This document shows, piece after piece, positions 52,904 to 64,000 of a stretch of DNA of 64,000 nucleotides. The stretch lies in the NCBI RefSeq assembly GCF_009914755.1, contig NC_060932.1; one strand, 5' to 3'. The notes beneath the pieces were generated by a model. The model saw nothing but the letters and a program-made list of their open reading frames with translations, was not told where the DNA came from and searched no databases. How positions within the stretch are numbered: position 1 is the first letter of the stretch; every line of letters starts with the position of its first letter. The position numbers and the translations under genes were made by a program. The DNA comes from the human T2T-CHM13v2.0 reference genome, Homo sapiens.

Positions 52904-54096
52904 TAATCTCAGAAACGTGTTTATGCTGTATCTTCTCAACTAACTGTGCTGAACATTTCTATTGATAGAGCAGTTTTGAGACACTCTTCTTTTGGAATCT
53001 GCAAGTGGATATTTGGATAGATTTGAGGATTTCGTTGGAAACGGGATTATATATCAAAAGTAGACAGCAGCATTCTCAGAAACTTCTTTGTGATGTTTGC
53101 ATCCAGCTCTCAGAGTTGAACATTCCCTTTCATAGAGTAGGTTTGAAACCCTCTTTTTATAGTGTCTGGAAGCGGGCATTTGGAGCGCTTTCAGGCCTAT
53201 GTTGAAAAAGGAAATATCTACCTATAGAAACTAGACAGAAGCATTCTGAGAATCACGTTTGTGATGTGGGTACTCAACTAACAGTGTTGATCCATTCTTT
53301 TGATACAGCAGTTTTGAACCACACTTTTTGTAGAATCTGCAAGTGGATATTTGGATAGCTGTGAGGATTTCGTTGGAAACGGGAATGTCTTCATAGAAAA
53401 TTTAGACAGAAGCATTCTCAGAACCTTGATTGTGGTGTGTGTTCTCCACTAACAGAGTTGAACCTTTCTTTTGACAGAACTGTTCTGAAACATTCTTTTT
53501 ATAGAATCTGGAAGTGGATATTTGGAAAGCTTTGAGGATTTCATTGGAAACGGGAATATCTTCAAATAAAATCTAGCCAGAAGCATTCTAAGAAACATCT
53601 TAGGGATGTTTACATTCAAGTCACAGAGTTGAACATTCCCTTTCACAGAGCAGATTTGAAACAATCTTCTCGTACTATCTGGCAGTGGACATTGTGAGCT
53701 CCTTGGGGCCTATGCTGAAAAAGGAAATATCTTCCGACAAAAACTAGACAGAAGCATTCGCAGAATCACGTTTGTGAAGTGTGCACTCAACTGTCAGAAT
53801 TGAACCTTGGTTTGGACAGAGCACTTTTGAAACACTCTTTTTGTAGAATCTGCAGGTGGATATTTGGCTAGCTTTGAGGATTTCGTTGGAAACGGTAATG
53901 TCTTCAAAGAAAATCTAGACAGAAGCATTCTCAGAAACACCTTCGTGATGTTTGCAATCAAGTCACAGAGTTGAACCTTCCGTTTCATAGAGCAGGTTGG
54001 AAACACTCTTTTTGTAGTATCTGGAAGTGGACATTTGGAGGGCTTTGTAGCCTATCTGGAAAAAGGAAATATCTTCCCATGAATGCGAGATAGAAG
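52904..54096 (+). repeat. 7-mer HOR, right lineage
   Basis: 53005->54198; shares agcagatttg and gacattgtgag with 36958-38150. Confidence 0.95.
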
Positions 54097-57000
54097 TAAT
54101 CTCAGAAACATGTTTATGCTGTATCTACTCAACTAACTGTGCTGAACATTTCTATTGATAGAGCAGTTTTGAGACACTCTTCTTTTGGAATCTGCAAGTG
54201 GATATTTGGATAGATTTGAGGATTTCGTTGGAAACGGGATTATATATAAAAAGTAGACAGCAGCATTCTCAGAAACTTCTTTGTGATGTTTGCATCCAGC
54301 TCTCAGAGTTGAACATTCCCTTTCATAGAGTAGGTTTGAAACCCTCTTTTTATAGTGTCTGGAAGCGGGCATTTGGAGCGCTTTCAGGCCTATGCTTAAA
54401 ATAGGAAATATCTACCTACAGAAACTAGACAGAAGCATTCTGAGAATCACGTTTGTGATGTGGGTACTCAACTAACAGTGTTGATCCATTCTTTTGATAC
54501 AGCAGTTTTGAACCACACTTTTTGTAGAATCTGCAAGTGGATATTTGGATAGCTGTGAGGATTTCGTTGGAAACGGGAATGTCTTCAAAGAAAATCTAGA
54601 CAGAAGCATTCTCAGAAACACCTTCGTGATGTTTGCAATCAAGTCACAGAGTTGAACCTTCCGTTTCATAGAGCAGGTTGGAAACACTCTTATTGTAGTA
54701 TCTGGAAGTGGACATTTGGAGCGCTTTCAGGCCTATGGTGAAAAAGGAAATATCTTCCCATAAAAACGACATAGAAGCTATCTCAGGAACTTGTTTATGA
54801 TGCATCTAATCAACTAACAGTGTTGAACCTTTGTACTGACAGAGCAGTTTGAAACACTCTTTTTTTGGAATCTGCAAGTGGATATTTGGATCGCTTTGAG
54901 GATTTCGTTGGAAACGGGATGCAATATAAAACGTACACAGCAGCATACTCAGAAAATACTTTGCCATATTTCCATTCAAGTCAGAGAGTGGAACATTCCC
55001 ATTCATAGAGCAGGTTTGAAACACTCTTTTTGGAGTATCTGGAAGTGGACATTTGGAGCGCTTTCTGAACTATGGTGAAAAAGGAAATATCTTCCAATGA
55101 AAACAAGACAGAAGCATTCTGAGAAACTTATTTGTGATGTGTGTCCTCAACAAACGGACTTGAACCTTTCGTTTCATGCAGTACTTCTGGAACACTCTTT
55201 TTGAAGATTCTGCATGCGGATATTTGGATAGCTTTGAGGATTTCGTTGGAAACGGGCTTACATGTAAAAATTAGACAGCAGCATTCTCAGAAACTTCTTT
55301 GTGGTGTCTGCATTCAAGTCACAGAATTGAACTTCCCCTCACATAGAGCAGTTGTGCAGCACTCTATTTGTAGTATCTGGAAGTGGACATTTGGAGGGCT
55401 TTGTAGCCTATCTGGAAAAAGGAAATATCTTCCCATGAATGCGAGATAGAAGTAATCTCAGAAACATGTTTATGCTGTATCTACTCAACTAACTGTGCTG
55501 AACATTTCTATTGATAGAGCAGTTTTGAGACACTCTTCTTTTGGAATCTGCAAGTGGATATTTGGATAGATTTGAGGATTTCGTTGGAAACGGGATTATA
55601 TATAAAAAGTAGACAGCAGCATTCTCAGAAACTTCTTTGTGATGTTTGCATCCAGCTCTCAGAGTTGAACATTCCCTTTCATAGAGTAGGTTTGAAACCC
55701 TCTTTTTATAGTGTCTGGAAGCGGGCATTTGGAGCGCTTTCAGGCCTATGCTTAAAATAGGAAATATCTACCTACAGAAACTAGACAGAAGCATTCTGAG
55801 AATCACGTTTGTGATGTGGGTACTCAACTAACAGTGTTGATCCATTCTTTTGATACAGCAGTTTTGAACCACACTTTTTGTAGAATCTGCAAGAGGATAT
55901 TTGGATAGCTGTGAGGATTTCGTTGGAAACGGGAATGTCTTCAAAGAAAATCTAGACAGAAGCATTCTCAGAAACACCTTCGTGATGTTTGCAATCAAGT
56001 CACAGAGTTGAACCTTCCGTTTCATAGAGCAGGTTGGAAACACTCTTATTGTAGTATCTGGAAGTGGACATTTGGAGCGCTTTCAGGCCTATGGTGAAAA
56101 AGGAAATATCTTCCCATAAAAACGACATAGAAGCTATCTCAGGAACTTGTTTATGATGCATCTAATCAACTAACAGTGTTGAACCTTTGTACTGACAGAG
56201 CAGTTTGAAACACTCTTTTTTTGGAATCTGCAAGTGGATATTTGGATCGCTTTGAGGATTTCGTTGGAAACGGGATGCAATATAAAACGTACACAGCAGC
56301 ATACTCAGAAAATACTTTGCCATATTTCCATTCAAGTCAGAGAGTGGAACATTCCCATTCATAGAGCAGGTTTGAAACACTCTTTTTGGAGTATCTGGAA
56401 GTGGACATTTGGAGCGCTTTCTGAACTATGGTGAAAAAGGAAATATCTTCCAATGAAAACAAGACAGAAGCATTCTGAGAAACTTATTTGTGATGTGTGT
56501 CCTCAACAAACGGACTTGAACCTTTCGTTTCATGCAGTACTTCTGGAACACTCTTTTTGAAGATTCTGCATGCGGATATTTGGATAGCTTTGAGGATTTC
56601 GTTGGAAACGGGCTTACATGTAAAAATTAGACAGCAGCATTCTCAGAAACTTCTTTGTGGTGTCTGCATTCAAGTCACAGAATTGAACTTCCCCTCACAT
56701 AGAGCAGTTGTGCAGCACTCTATTTGTAGTATCTGGAAGTGGACATTTGGAGGGCTTTGTAGCCTATCTGGAAAAAGGAAATATCTTCCCATGAATGCGA
56801 GATAGAAGTAATCTCAGAAACATGTTTATGCTGTATCTACTCAACTAACTGTGCTGAACATTTCTATTGATAGAGCAGTTTTCAGACACTCTTCTTTTGG
56901 AATCTGCAAGTGGATATTTGGATAGATTTGAGGATTTCGTTGGAAACGGGATTATATATAAAAAGTAGACAGCAGCATTCTCAGAAACTTCTTTGTGATG

Positions 57001-60000
57001 TTTGCATCCAGCTCTCAGAGTTGAACATTCCCTTTCATAGAGTAGGTTTGAAACCCTCTTTTTATAGTGTCTGGAAGCGGGCATTTGGAGCGCTTTCAGG
57101 CCTATGCTTAAAATAGGAAATATCTACCTACAGAAACTAGACAGAAGCATTCTGAGAATCACGTTTGTGATGTGGGTACTCAACTAACAGTGTTGATCCA
57201 TTCTTTTGATACAGCAGTTTTGAACCACACTTTTTGTAGAATCTGCAAGAGGATATTTGGATAGCTGTGAGGATTTCGTTGGAAACGGGAATGTCTTCAA
57301 AGAAAATCTAGACAGAAGCATTCTCAGAAACACCTTCGTGATGTTTGCAATCAAGTCACAGAGTTGAACCTTCCGATTCATAGAGCAGGTTGGAAACACT
57401 CTTATTGTAGTATCTGGAAGTGGACATTTGGAGCGCTTTCAGGCCTATGGTGAAAAAGGAAATATCTTCCCATAAAAACGACATAGAAGCTATCTCAGGA
57501 ACTTGTTTATGATGCATCTAATCAACTAACAGTGTTGAACCTTTGTACTGACAGAGCAGTTTGAAACACTCTTTTTTTGGAATCTGCAAGTGGATATTTG
57601 GATCGCTTTGAGGATTTCGTTGGAAACGGGATGCAATATAAAACGTACACAGCAGCATACTCAGAAAATACTTTGCCATATTTCCATTCAAGTCACAGAG
57701 TGGAACATTCCCATTCATAGAGCAGGTTGGAAACACTCTTTTTGGAGTATCTGGAAGTGGACATTTGGAGCGCTTTCTGAACTATGGTGAAAAAGGAAAT
57801 ATCTTCCAATGAAAACAAGACAGAAGCATTCTGAGAAACTTATTTGTGATGTGTGTCCTCAACAAACGGACTTGAACCTTTCGTTTCATGCAGTACTTCT
57901 GGAACACTCTTTTTGAAGATTCTGCATGCGGATATTTGGATAGCTTTGAGGATTTCGTTGGAAACGGGCTTACATGTAAAAATTAGACAGCAGCATTCTC
58001 AGAAACTTCTTTGTGGTGTCTGCATTCAAGTCACAGAATTGAACTTCCCCTCACATAGAGCAGTTGTGCAGCACTCTATTTGTAGTATCTGGAAGTGGAC
58101 ATTTGGAGGGCTTTGTAGCCTATCTGGAAAAAGGAAATATCTTCCCATGAATGCGAGATAGAAGTAATCTCAGAAACATGTTTATGCTGTATCTACTCAA
58201 CTAACTGTGCTGAACATTTCTATTGATAGAGCAGTTTTGAGACACTCTTCTTTTGGAATCTGCAAGTGGATATTTGGATAGATTTGAGGATTTCGTTGGA
58301 AACGGGATTATATATCAAAAGTAGACAGCAGCATTCTCAGAAACTTCTTTGTGATGTTTGCATCCAGCTCTCAGAGTTGAACATTCCCTTTCATAGAGTA
58401 GGTTTGAAACCCTCTTTTTATAGTGTCTGGAAGCGGGCATTTGGAGCGCTTTCAGGCCTATGCTTAAAATAGGAAATATCTACCTACAGAAACTAGACAG
58501 AAGCATTCTGAGAATCACGTTTGTGATGTGGGTACTCAACTAACAGTGTTGATCCATTCTTTTGATACAGCAGTTTTGAACCACACTTTTTGTAGAATCT
58601 GCAAGAGGATATTTGGATAGCTGTGAGGATTTCGTTGGAAACGGGAATGTCTTCAAAGAAAATCTAGACAGAAGCATTCTCAGAAACACCTTCGTGATGT
58701 TTGCAATCAAGTCACAGAGTTGAACCTTCCGTTTCATAGAGCAGGTTGGAAACACTCTTATTGTAGTATCTGGAAGTGGACATTTGGAGCGCTTTCAGGC
58801 CTATGGTGAAAAAGGAAATATCTTCCCATAAAAACGACATAGAAGCTATCTCAGGAACTTGTTTATGATGCATCTAATCAACTAACAGTGTTGAACCTTT
58901 GTACTGACAGAGCAGTTTGAAACACTCTTTTTTTGGAATCTGCAAGTGGATATTTGGATCGCTTTGAGGATTTCGTTGGAAACGGGATGCAATATAAAAC
59001 GTACACAGCAGCATACTCAGAAAATACTTTGCCATATTTCCATTCAAGTCACAGAGTGGAACATTCCCATTCATAGAGCAGGTTGGAAACACTCTTTTTG
59101 GAGTATCTGGAAGTGGACATTTGGAGCGCTTTCTGAACTATGGTGAAAAAGGAAATATCTTCCAATGAAAACAAGACAGAAGCATTCTGAGAAACTTATT
59201 TGTGATGTGTGTCCTCAACAAACGGACTTGAACCTTTCGTTTCATGCAGTACTTCTGGAACACTCTTTTTGAAGATTCTGCATGCGGATATTTGGATAGC
59301 TTTGAGGATTTCGTTGGAAACGGGCTTACATGTAAAAATTAGAAAGCAGCATTCTCAGAAACTTCTTTGTGGTGTCTGCATTCAAGTCACAGAATTGAAC
59401 TTCCCCTCACATAGAGCAGTTGTGCAGCACTCTATTTGTAGTATCTGGAAGTGGACATTTGGAGGGCTTTGTAGCCTATCTGGAAAAAGGAAATATCTTC
59501 CCATGAATGCGAGATAGAAGTAATCTCAGAAACATGTTTATGCTGTATCTACTCAACTAACTGTGCTGAACATTTCTATTGATAGAGCAGTTTTGAGACA
59601 CTCTTCTTTTGGAATCTGCAAGTGGATATTTGGATAGATTTGAGGATTTCGTTGGAAACGGGATTATATATAAAAAGTAGACAGCAGCATTCTCAGAAAC
59701 TTCTTTGTGATGTTTGCATCCAGCTCTCAGAGTTGAACATTCCCTTTCATAGAGTAGGTTTGAAACCCTCTTTTTATAGTGTCTGGAAGCGGGCATTTGG
59801 AGCGCTTTCAGGCCTATGCTTAAAATAGGAAATATCTACCTACAGAAACTAGACAGAAGCATTCTGAGAATCACGTTTGTGATGTGGGTACTCAACTAAC
59901 AGTGTTGATCCATTCTTTTGATACAGCAGTTTTGAACCACACTTTTTGTAGAATCTGCAAGAGGATATTTGGATAGCTGTGAGGATTTCGTTGGAAACGG

Positions 60001-62232
60001 GAATGTCTTCAAAGAAAATCTAGACAGAAGCATTCTCAGAAACACCTTCGTGATGTTTGCAATCAAGTCACAGAGTTGAACCTTCCGTTTCATAGAGCAG
60101 GTTGGAAACACTCTTATTGTAGTATCTGGAAGTGGACATTTGGAGCGCTTTCAGGCCTATGGTGAAAAAGGAAATATCTTCCCATAAAAACGACATAGAA
60201 GCTATCTCAGGAACTTGTTTATGATGCATCTAATCAACTAACAGTGTTGAACCTTTGTACTGACAGAGCAGTTTGAAACACTCTTTTTTTGGAATCTGCA
60301 AGTGGATATTTGGATCGCTTTGAGGATTTCGTTGGAAACGGGATGCAATATAAAACGTACACAGCAGCATACTCAGAAAATACTTTGCCATATTTCCATT
60401 CAAGTCAGAGAGTGGAACATTCCCATTCATAGAGCAGGTTTGAAACACTCTTTTTGGAGTATCTGGAAGTGGACATTTGGAGCGCTTTCTGAACTATGGT
60501 GAAAAAGGAAATATCTTCCAATGAAAACAAGACAGAAGCATTGTGAGAAACTTATTTGTGATGTGTGTCCTCAACAAACGGACTTGAACCTTTCGTTTCA
60601 TGCAGTACTTCTGGAACACTCTTTTTGAAGATTCTGCATGCGGATATTTGGATAGCTTTGAGGATTTCGTTGGAAACGGGCTTACATGTAAAAATTAGAC
60701 AGCAGCATTCTCAGAAACTTCTTTGTGGTGTCTGCATTCAAGTCACAGAATTGAACTTCCCCTCACATAGAGCAGTTGTGCAGCACTCTATTTGTAGTAT
60801 CTGGAAGTGGACATTTGGAGGGCTTTGTAGCCTATGTGGAAAAAGGAAATATCTTCCCATGAATGCGAGATAGAAGTAATCTCAGAAACATGTTTATGCT
60901 GTATCTACTCAACTAACTGTGCTGAACATTTCTATTGATAGAGCAGTTTTGAGACACTCTTCTTTTGGAATCTGCAAGTGGATATTTGGATAGATTTGAG
61001 GATTTCGTTGGAAACGGGATTATATATAAAAAGTAGACAGCAGCATTCTCAGAAACTTCTTTGTGATGTTTGCATCCAGCTCTCAGAGTTGAACATTCCC
61101 TTTCATAGAGTAGGTTTGAAACCCTCTTTTTATAGTGTCTGCAAGCGGGCATTTGGAGCGCTTTCAGGCCTATGCTTAAAATAGGAAATATCTACCTACA
61201 GAAACTAGACAGAAGCATTCTGAGAATCACGTTTGTGATGTGGGTACTCAACTAACAGTGTTGATCCATTCTTTTGATACAGCAGTTTTGAACCACACTT
61301 TTTGTAGAATCTGCAAGAGGATATTTGGATAGCTGTGAGGATTTCGTTGGAAACGGGAATGTCTTCAAAGAAAATCTAGACAGAAGCATTCTCAGAAACA
61401 CCTTCGTGATGTTTGCAATCAAGTCACAGAGTTGAACCTTCCGTTTCATAGAGCAGGTTGGAAACACTCTTATTGTAGTATCTGGAAGTGGACATTTGGA
61501 GCGCTTTCAGGCCTATGGTGAAAAAGGAAATATCTTCCCATAAAAACGACATAGAAGCTATCTCAGGAACTTGTTTATGATGCATCTAATCAACTAACAG
61601 TGTTGAACCTTTGTACTGACAGAGCAGTTTGAAACACTCTTTTTTTGGAATCTGCAAGTGGATATTTGGATCGCTTTGAGGATTTCGTTGGAAACGGGAT
61701 GCAATATAAAACGTACACAGCAGCATACTCAGAAAATACTTTGCCATATTTCCATTCAAGTCACAGAGTGGAACATTCCCATTCATAGAGCAGGTTGGAA
61801 ACACTCTTTTTGGAGTATCTGGAAGTGGACATTTGGAGCGCTTTCTGAACTATGGTGAAAAAGGAAATATCTTCCAATGAAAACAAGACAGAAGCATTCT
61901 GAGAAACTTATTTGTGATGTGTGTCCTCAACAAACGGACTTGAACCTTTCGTTTCATGCAGTACTTCTGGAACACTCTTTTTGAAGATTCTGCATGCGGA
62001 TATTTGGATAGCTTTGAGGATTTCGTTGGAAACGGGCTTACATGTAAAAATTAGACAGCAGCATTCTCAGAAACTTCTTTGTGGTGTCTGCATTCAAGTC
62101 ACAGAATTGAACTTCCCCTCACATAGAGCAGTTGTGCAGCACTCTATTTGTAGTATCTGGAAGTGGACATTTGGAGGGCTTTGTAGCCTATCTGGAAAAA
62201 GGAAATATCTTCCCATGAATGCGAGATAGAAG
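54097..62232 (+). repeat. 6 x 8-mer HOR
   Basis: 54198->62334 = 6 x 1356. Confidence 0.96.
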
Positions 62233-63425
62233 TAATCTCAGAAACATGTTTATGCTGTATCTTCTCAACTAACTGTGCTGAACATTTCTATTGATAGAGC
62301 AGTTTTGAGACACTCTTCTTTTGGAATCTGCAAGTGGATATTTGGATAGATTTGAGGATTTCGTTGGAAACGGGATTATATATAAAAAGTAGACAGCAGC
62401 ATTCTCAGAAACTTCTTTGTGATGTTTGCATCCAGCTCTCAGAGTTGAACATTCCCTTTCATAGAGTAGGTTTGAAACCCTCTTTTTATAGTGTCTGGAA
62501 GCGGGCATTTGGAGCGCTTTCAGGCCTGTGCTGAAAAAGGAAATATCTACCTATAGAAACTAGACAGAAGCATTCTGAGAATCACGTTTGTGATGTGGGT
62601 ACTCAACTAACAGTGTTGATCCATTCTTTTGATACAGCAGTTTTGAACCACACTTTTTGTAGAATCTGCAAGTGGATATTTGGATAGCTGTGAGGATTTC
62701 GTTGGAAACGGGAATGTCTTCATAGAAAATTTAGACAGAAGCATTCTCAGAACCTTGATTGTGGTGTGTGTTCTCCACTAACAGAGTTGAACCTTTCTTT
62801 TGACAGAACTGTTCTGAAACATTCTTTTTATAGAATCTGGAAGTGGATATTTGGAAAGCTTTGAGGATTTCATTGGAAACGGGAATATCTTCAAATAAAA
62901 TCTAGCCAGAAGCATTCTAAGAAACATCTTAGGGATGTTTACATTCAAGTCACAGAGTTGAACATTCCCTTTCACAGAGCAGGTTTGAAACAATCTTCTC
63001 GTACTATCTGGCAGTGGACATTTTGAGCTCCTTGGGGCCTATGCTGAAAAAGGAAATATCTTCCGACAAAAACTAGACAGAAGCATTCGCAGAATCACGT
63101 TTGTGATGTGTGCACTCAACTGTCAGAATTGAACCTTGGTTTGGACAGAGCACTTTCGAAACACTCTTTTTGTAGAATCTGCAGGTGGATATTTGGCTAG
63201 CTTTGAGGATTTCGTTGGAAACGATAATGTCTTCAAAGAAAATCTAGACAGAAGCATTCTCAGAAACACCTTCGTGATGTTTGCAATCAAGTCACAGAGT
63301 TGAACCTTCCGTATCATAGAGCAGGTTGGAAACACTCTTTTTGTAGTATCTGGAAGTGGACATTTGGAGGGCTTTGTAGCCTATCTGGAAAAAGGAAATA
63401 TCTTCCCATGAATGCGAGATAGAAG
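62233..63425 (+). repeat. 7-mer HOR, right lineage
   Basis: 62334->63527; gatttcattgg at 62872. Confidence 0.95.
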
Positions 63426-64000
63426 TAATCTCAGAAACACGTTTATGCTGTATCTACTCAACTAACTGTGCTGAACATTTCTATTGATAGAGCAGTTTTG
63501 AGACACTCTTCTTTTGGAATCTGCAAGTGGATATTTGGATAGATTTGAGGATTTCGTTGGAAACGGGATTATATATAAAAAGTAGACAGCAGCATTCTCA
63601 GAAACTTCTTTGTGATGTTTGCATCCAGCTCTCAGAGTTGAACATTCCCTTTCATAGAGTAGGTTTGAAACCCTCTTTTTATAGTGTCTGGAAGCGGGCA
63701 TTTGGAGCGCTTTCAGGCCTATGCTTAAAATAGGAAATATCTACCTACAGAAACTAGACAGAAGCATTCTGAGAATCACGTTTGTGATGTGGGTACTCAA
63801 CTAACAGTGTTGATCTATTCTTTTGATACAGCAGTTTTGAACCACACTTTTTGGAGAACCTGCAAGAGGATATTTGGATAGCTGTGAGGATTTCGTTGGA
63901 AACGGGAATGTCTTCAAAGAAAATCTAGACAGAAGCATTCTCAGAAATACCTTCGTGATCTTTGCAATCAAGTCACAGAGTTGAACCTTCCGTTTCATAG
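63426..64000 (+). repeat. Partial HOR (m1, m2, m3'/X3 hybrid, start of m4); 8-mer or 4-mer
   Basis: Carries the 8-mer-type junction gggaatgtcttcaaagaaaatctaga; window ends before the m4 vs m4/m8 diagnostic bases. Confidence 0.85.

Larger units (their letters stand above)
1..64000 (+). repeat. Alpha-satellite higher-order repeat (HOR) array, dimeric A/B (SF2-like); 8-mer dominated with 7-mer and 6-mer variants of an 11-mer parent
   Basis: ~171-bp monomers starting 'cattct(c/g)agaaa', with TTCGTTGGAAACGGG boxes alternating with 'tgaaaaaggaaatatct' boxes. Identical ORFs recur at exact 1356/1193-bp spacing through the window. No non-alphoid sequence seen. Confidence 0.99.
1..64000 (+). other. 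D8Z2: Probable human chromosome 8 active centromeric array D8Z2
   Basis: Inference: reconstructed 11-mer (1868-1869 bp between XbaI sites) with derived 8-, 7- and 4-mers, and 8+7 = 2549-bp 15-mer, matches the known 4/7/8/11-mer D8Z2 family. Other SF2 arrays with 11/7/4-mers (D9Z4, D13Z1/D21Z1, D15Z3) cannot be excluded without alignment. Confidence 0.7.

Noticed and set aside
2190-62232. A periodic code in 8-mer run lengths (2,5,3,13,3,7,6)
   Set aside because: No consistent period; the pattern is explained by the nested duplications plus single-unit gains and losses.
77-63998. About 200 short ORFs (60-102 aa) on both strands
   Set aside because: They recur at the HOR period, overlap on opposite strands, mostly start at GTG/TTG, appear or vanish with single SNPs, and are the familiar spurious translations of alpha satellite. 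No domain or gene structure.
1-64000. CRISPR-like regularly spaced motif (gaggatttcgttggaaacggg every ~340 bp)
   Set aside because: Intervening sequences are repeated alphoid monomers rather than unique spacers, there are no cas genes, and the motif is the CENP-B box.
1-64000. L1/Alu insertion, inversion or foreign sequence
   Set aside because: Unit lengths sum exactly (39x1356 + 9544 + 1022 = 63450 = 63527-77), leaving no room for an insert; orientation is constant; no poly-A tail or target-site duplication seen.

Overview
The whole 64 kb window is one uninterrupted, single-orientation array of primate (human-type) centromeric alpha-satellite: ~171-bp monomers alternating between CENP-B-box (B-type) and pJalpha-box (A-type), i.e. 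dimeric SF2-like. I see no genes, RNA genes, transposons, CRISPR or inversions; every ORF in the track is a by-product of the repeat. Parsed from monomer m1 ('taatctcagaaacatg'), the array reads 6,7,8x2,7,8x5,7,8x3,7,8x13,7,8x3,7,8x7,7,8x6,7,(partial): 39 8-mers (1356 bp), eight 7-mers (1192-1194 bp) and one 6-mer (1022 bp). All derive by deletion from one 11-monomer parent (my labels: m1 m2 m3' X1 X2 X3 m4 m5 m6 m7 m8); each 8+7 junction can equally be read as 11+4. The 4/7/8/11-mer family best fits the chromosome 8 array D8Z2 (inferred, not searched). I found no new protein-coding system. The notable signal is structural: a rare 6-mer variant, mappable deletion junctions, distinct 7-mer lineages with different CENP-B box content, nested duplications at 5.3, 8.0, 13.2 and ~16-20 kb offsets, and signs of gene conversion.
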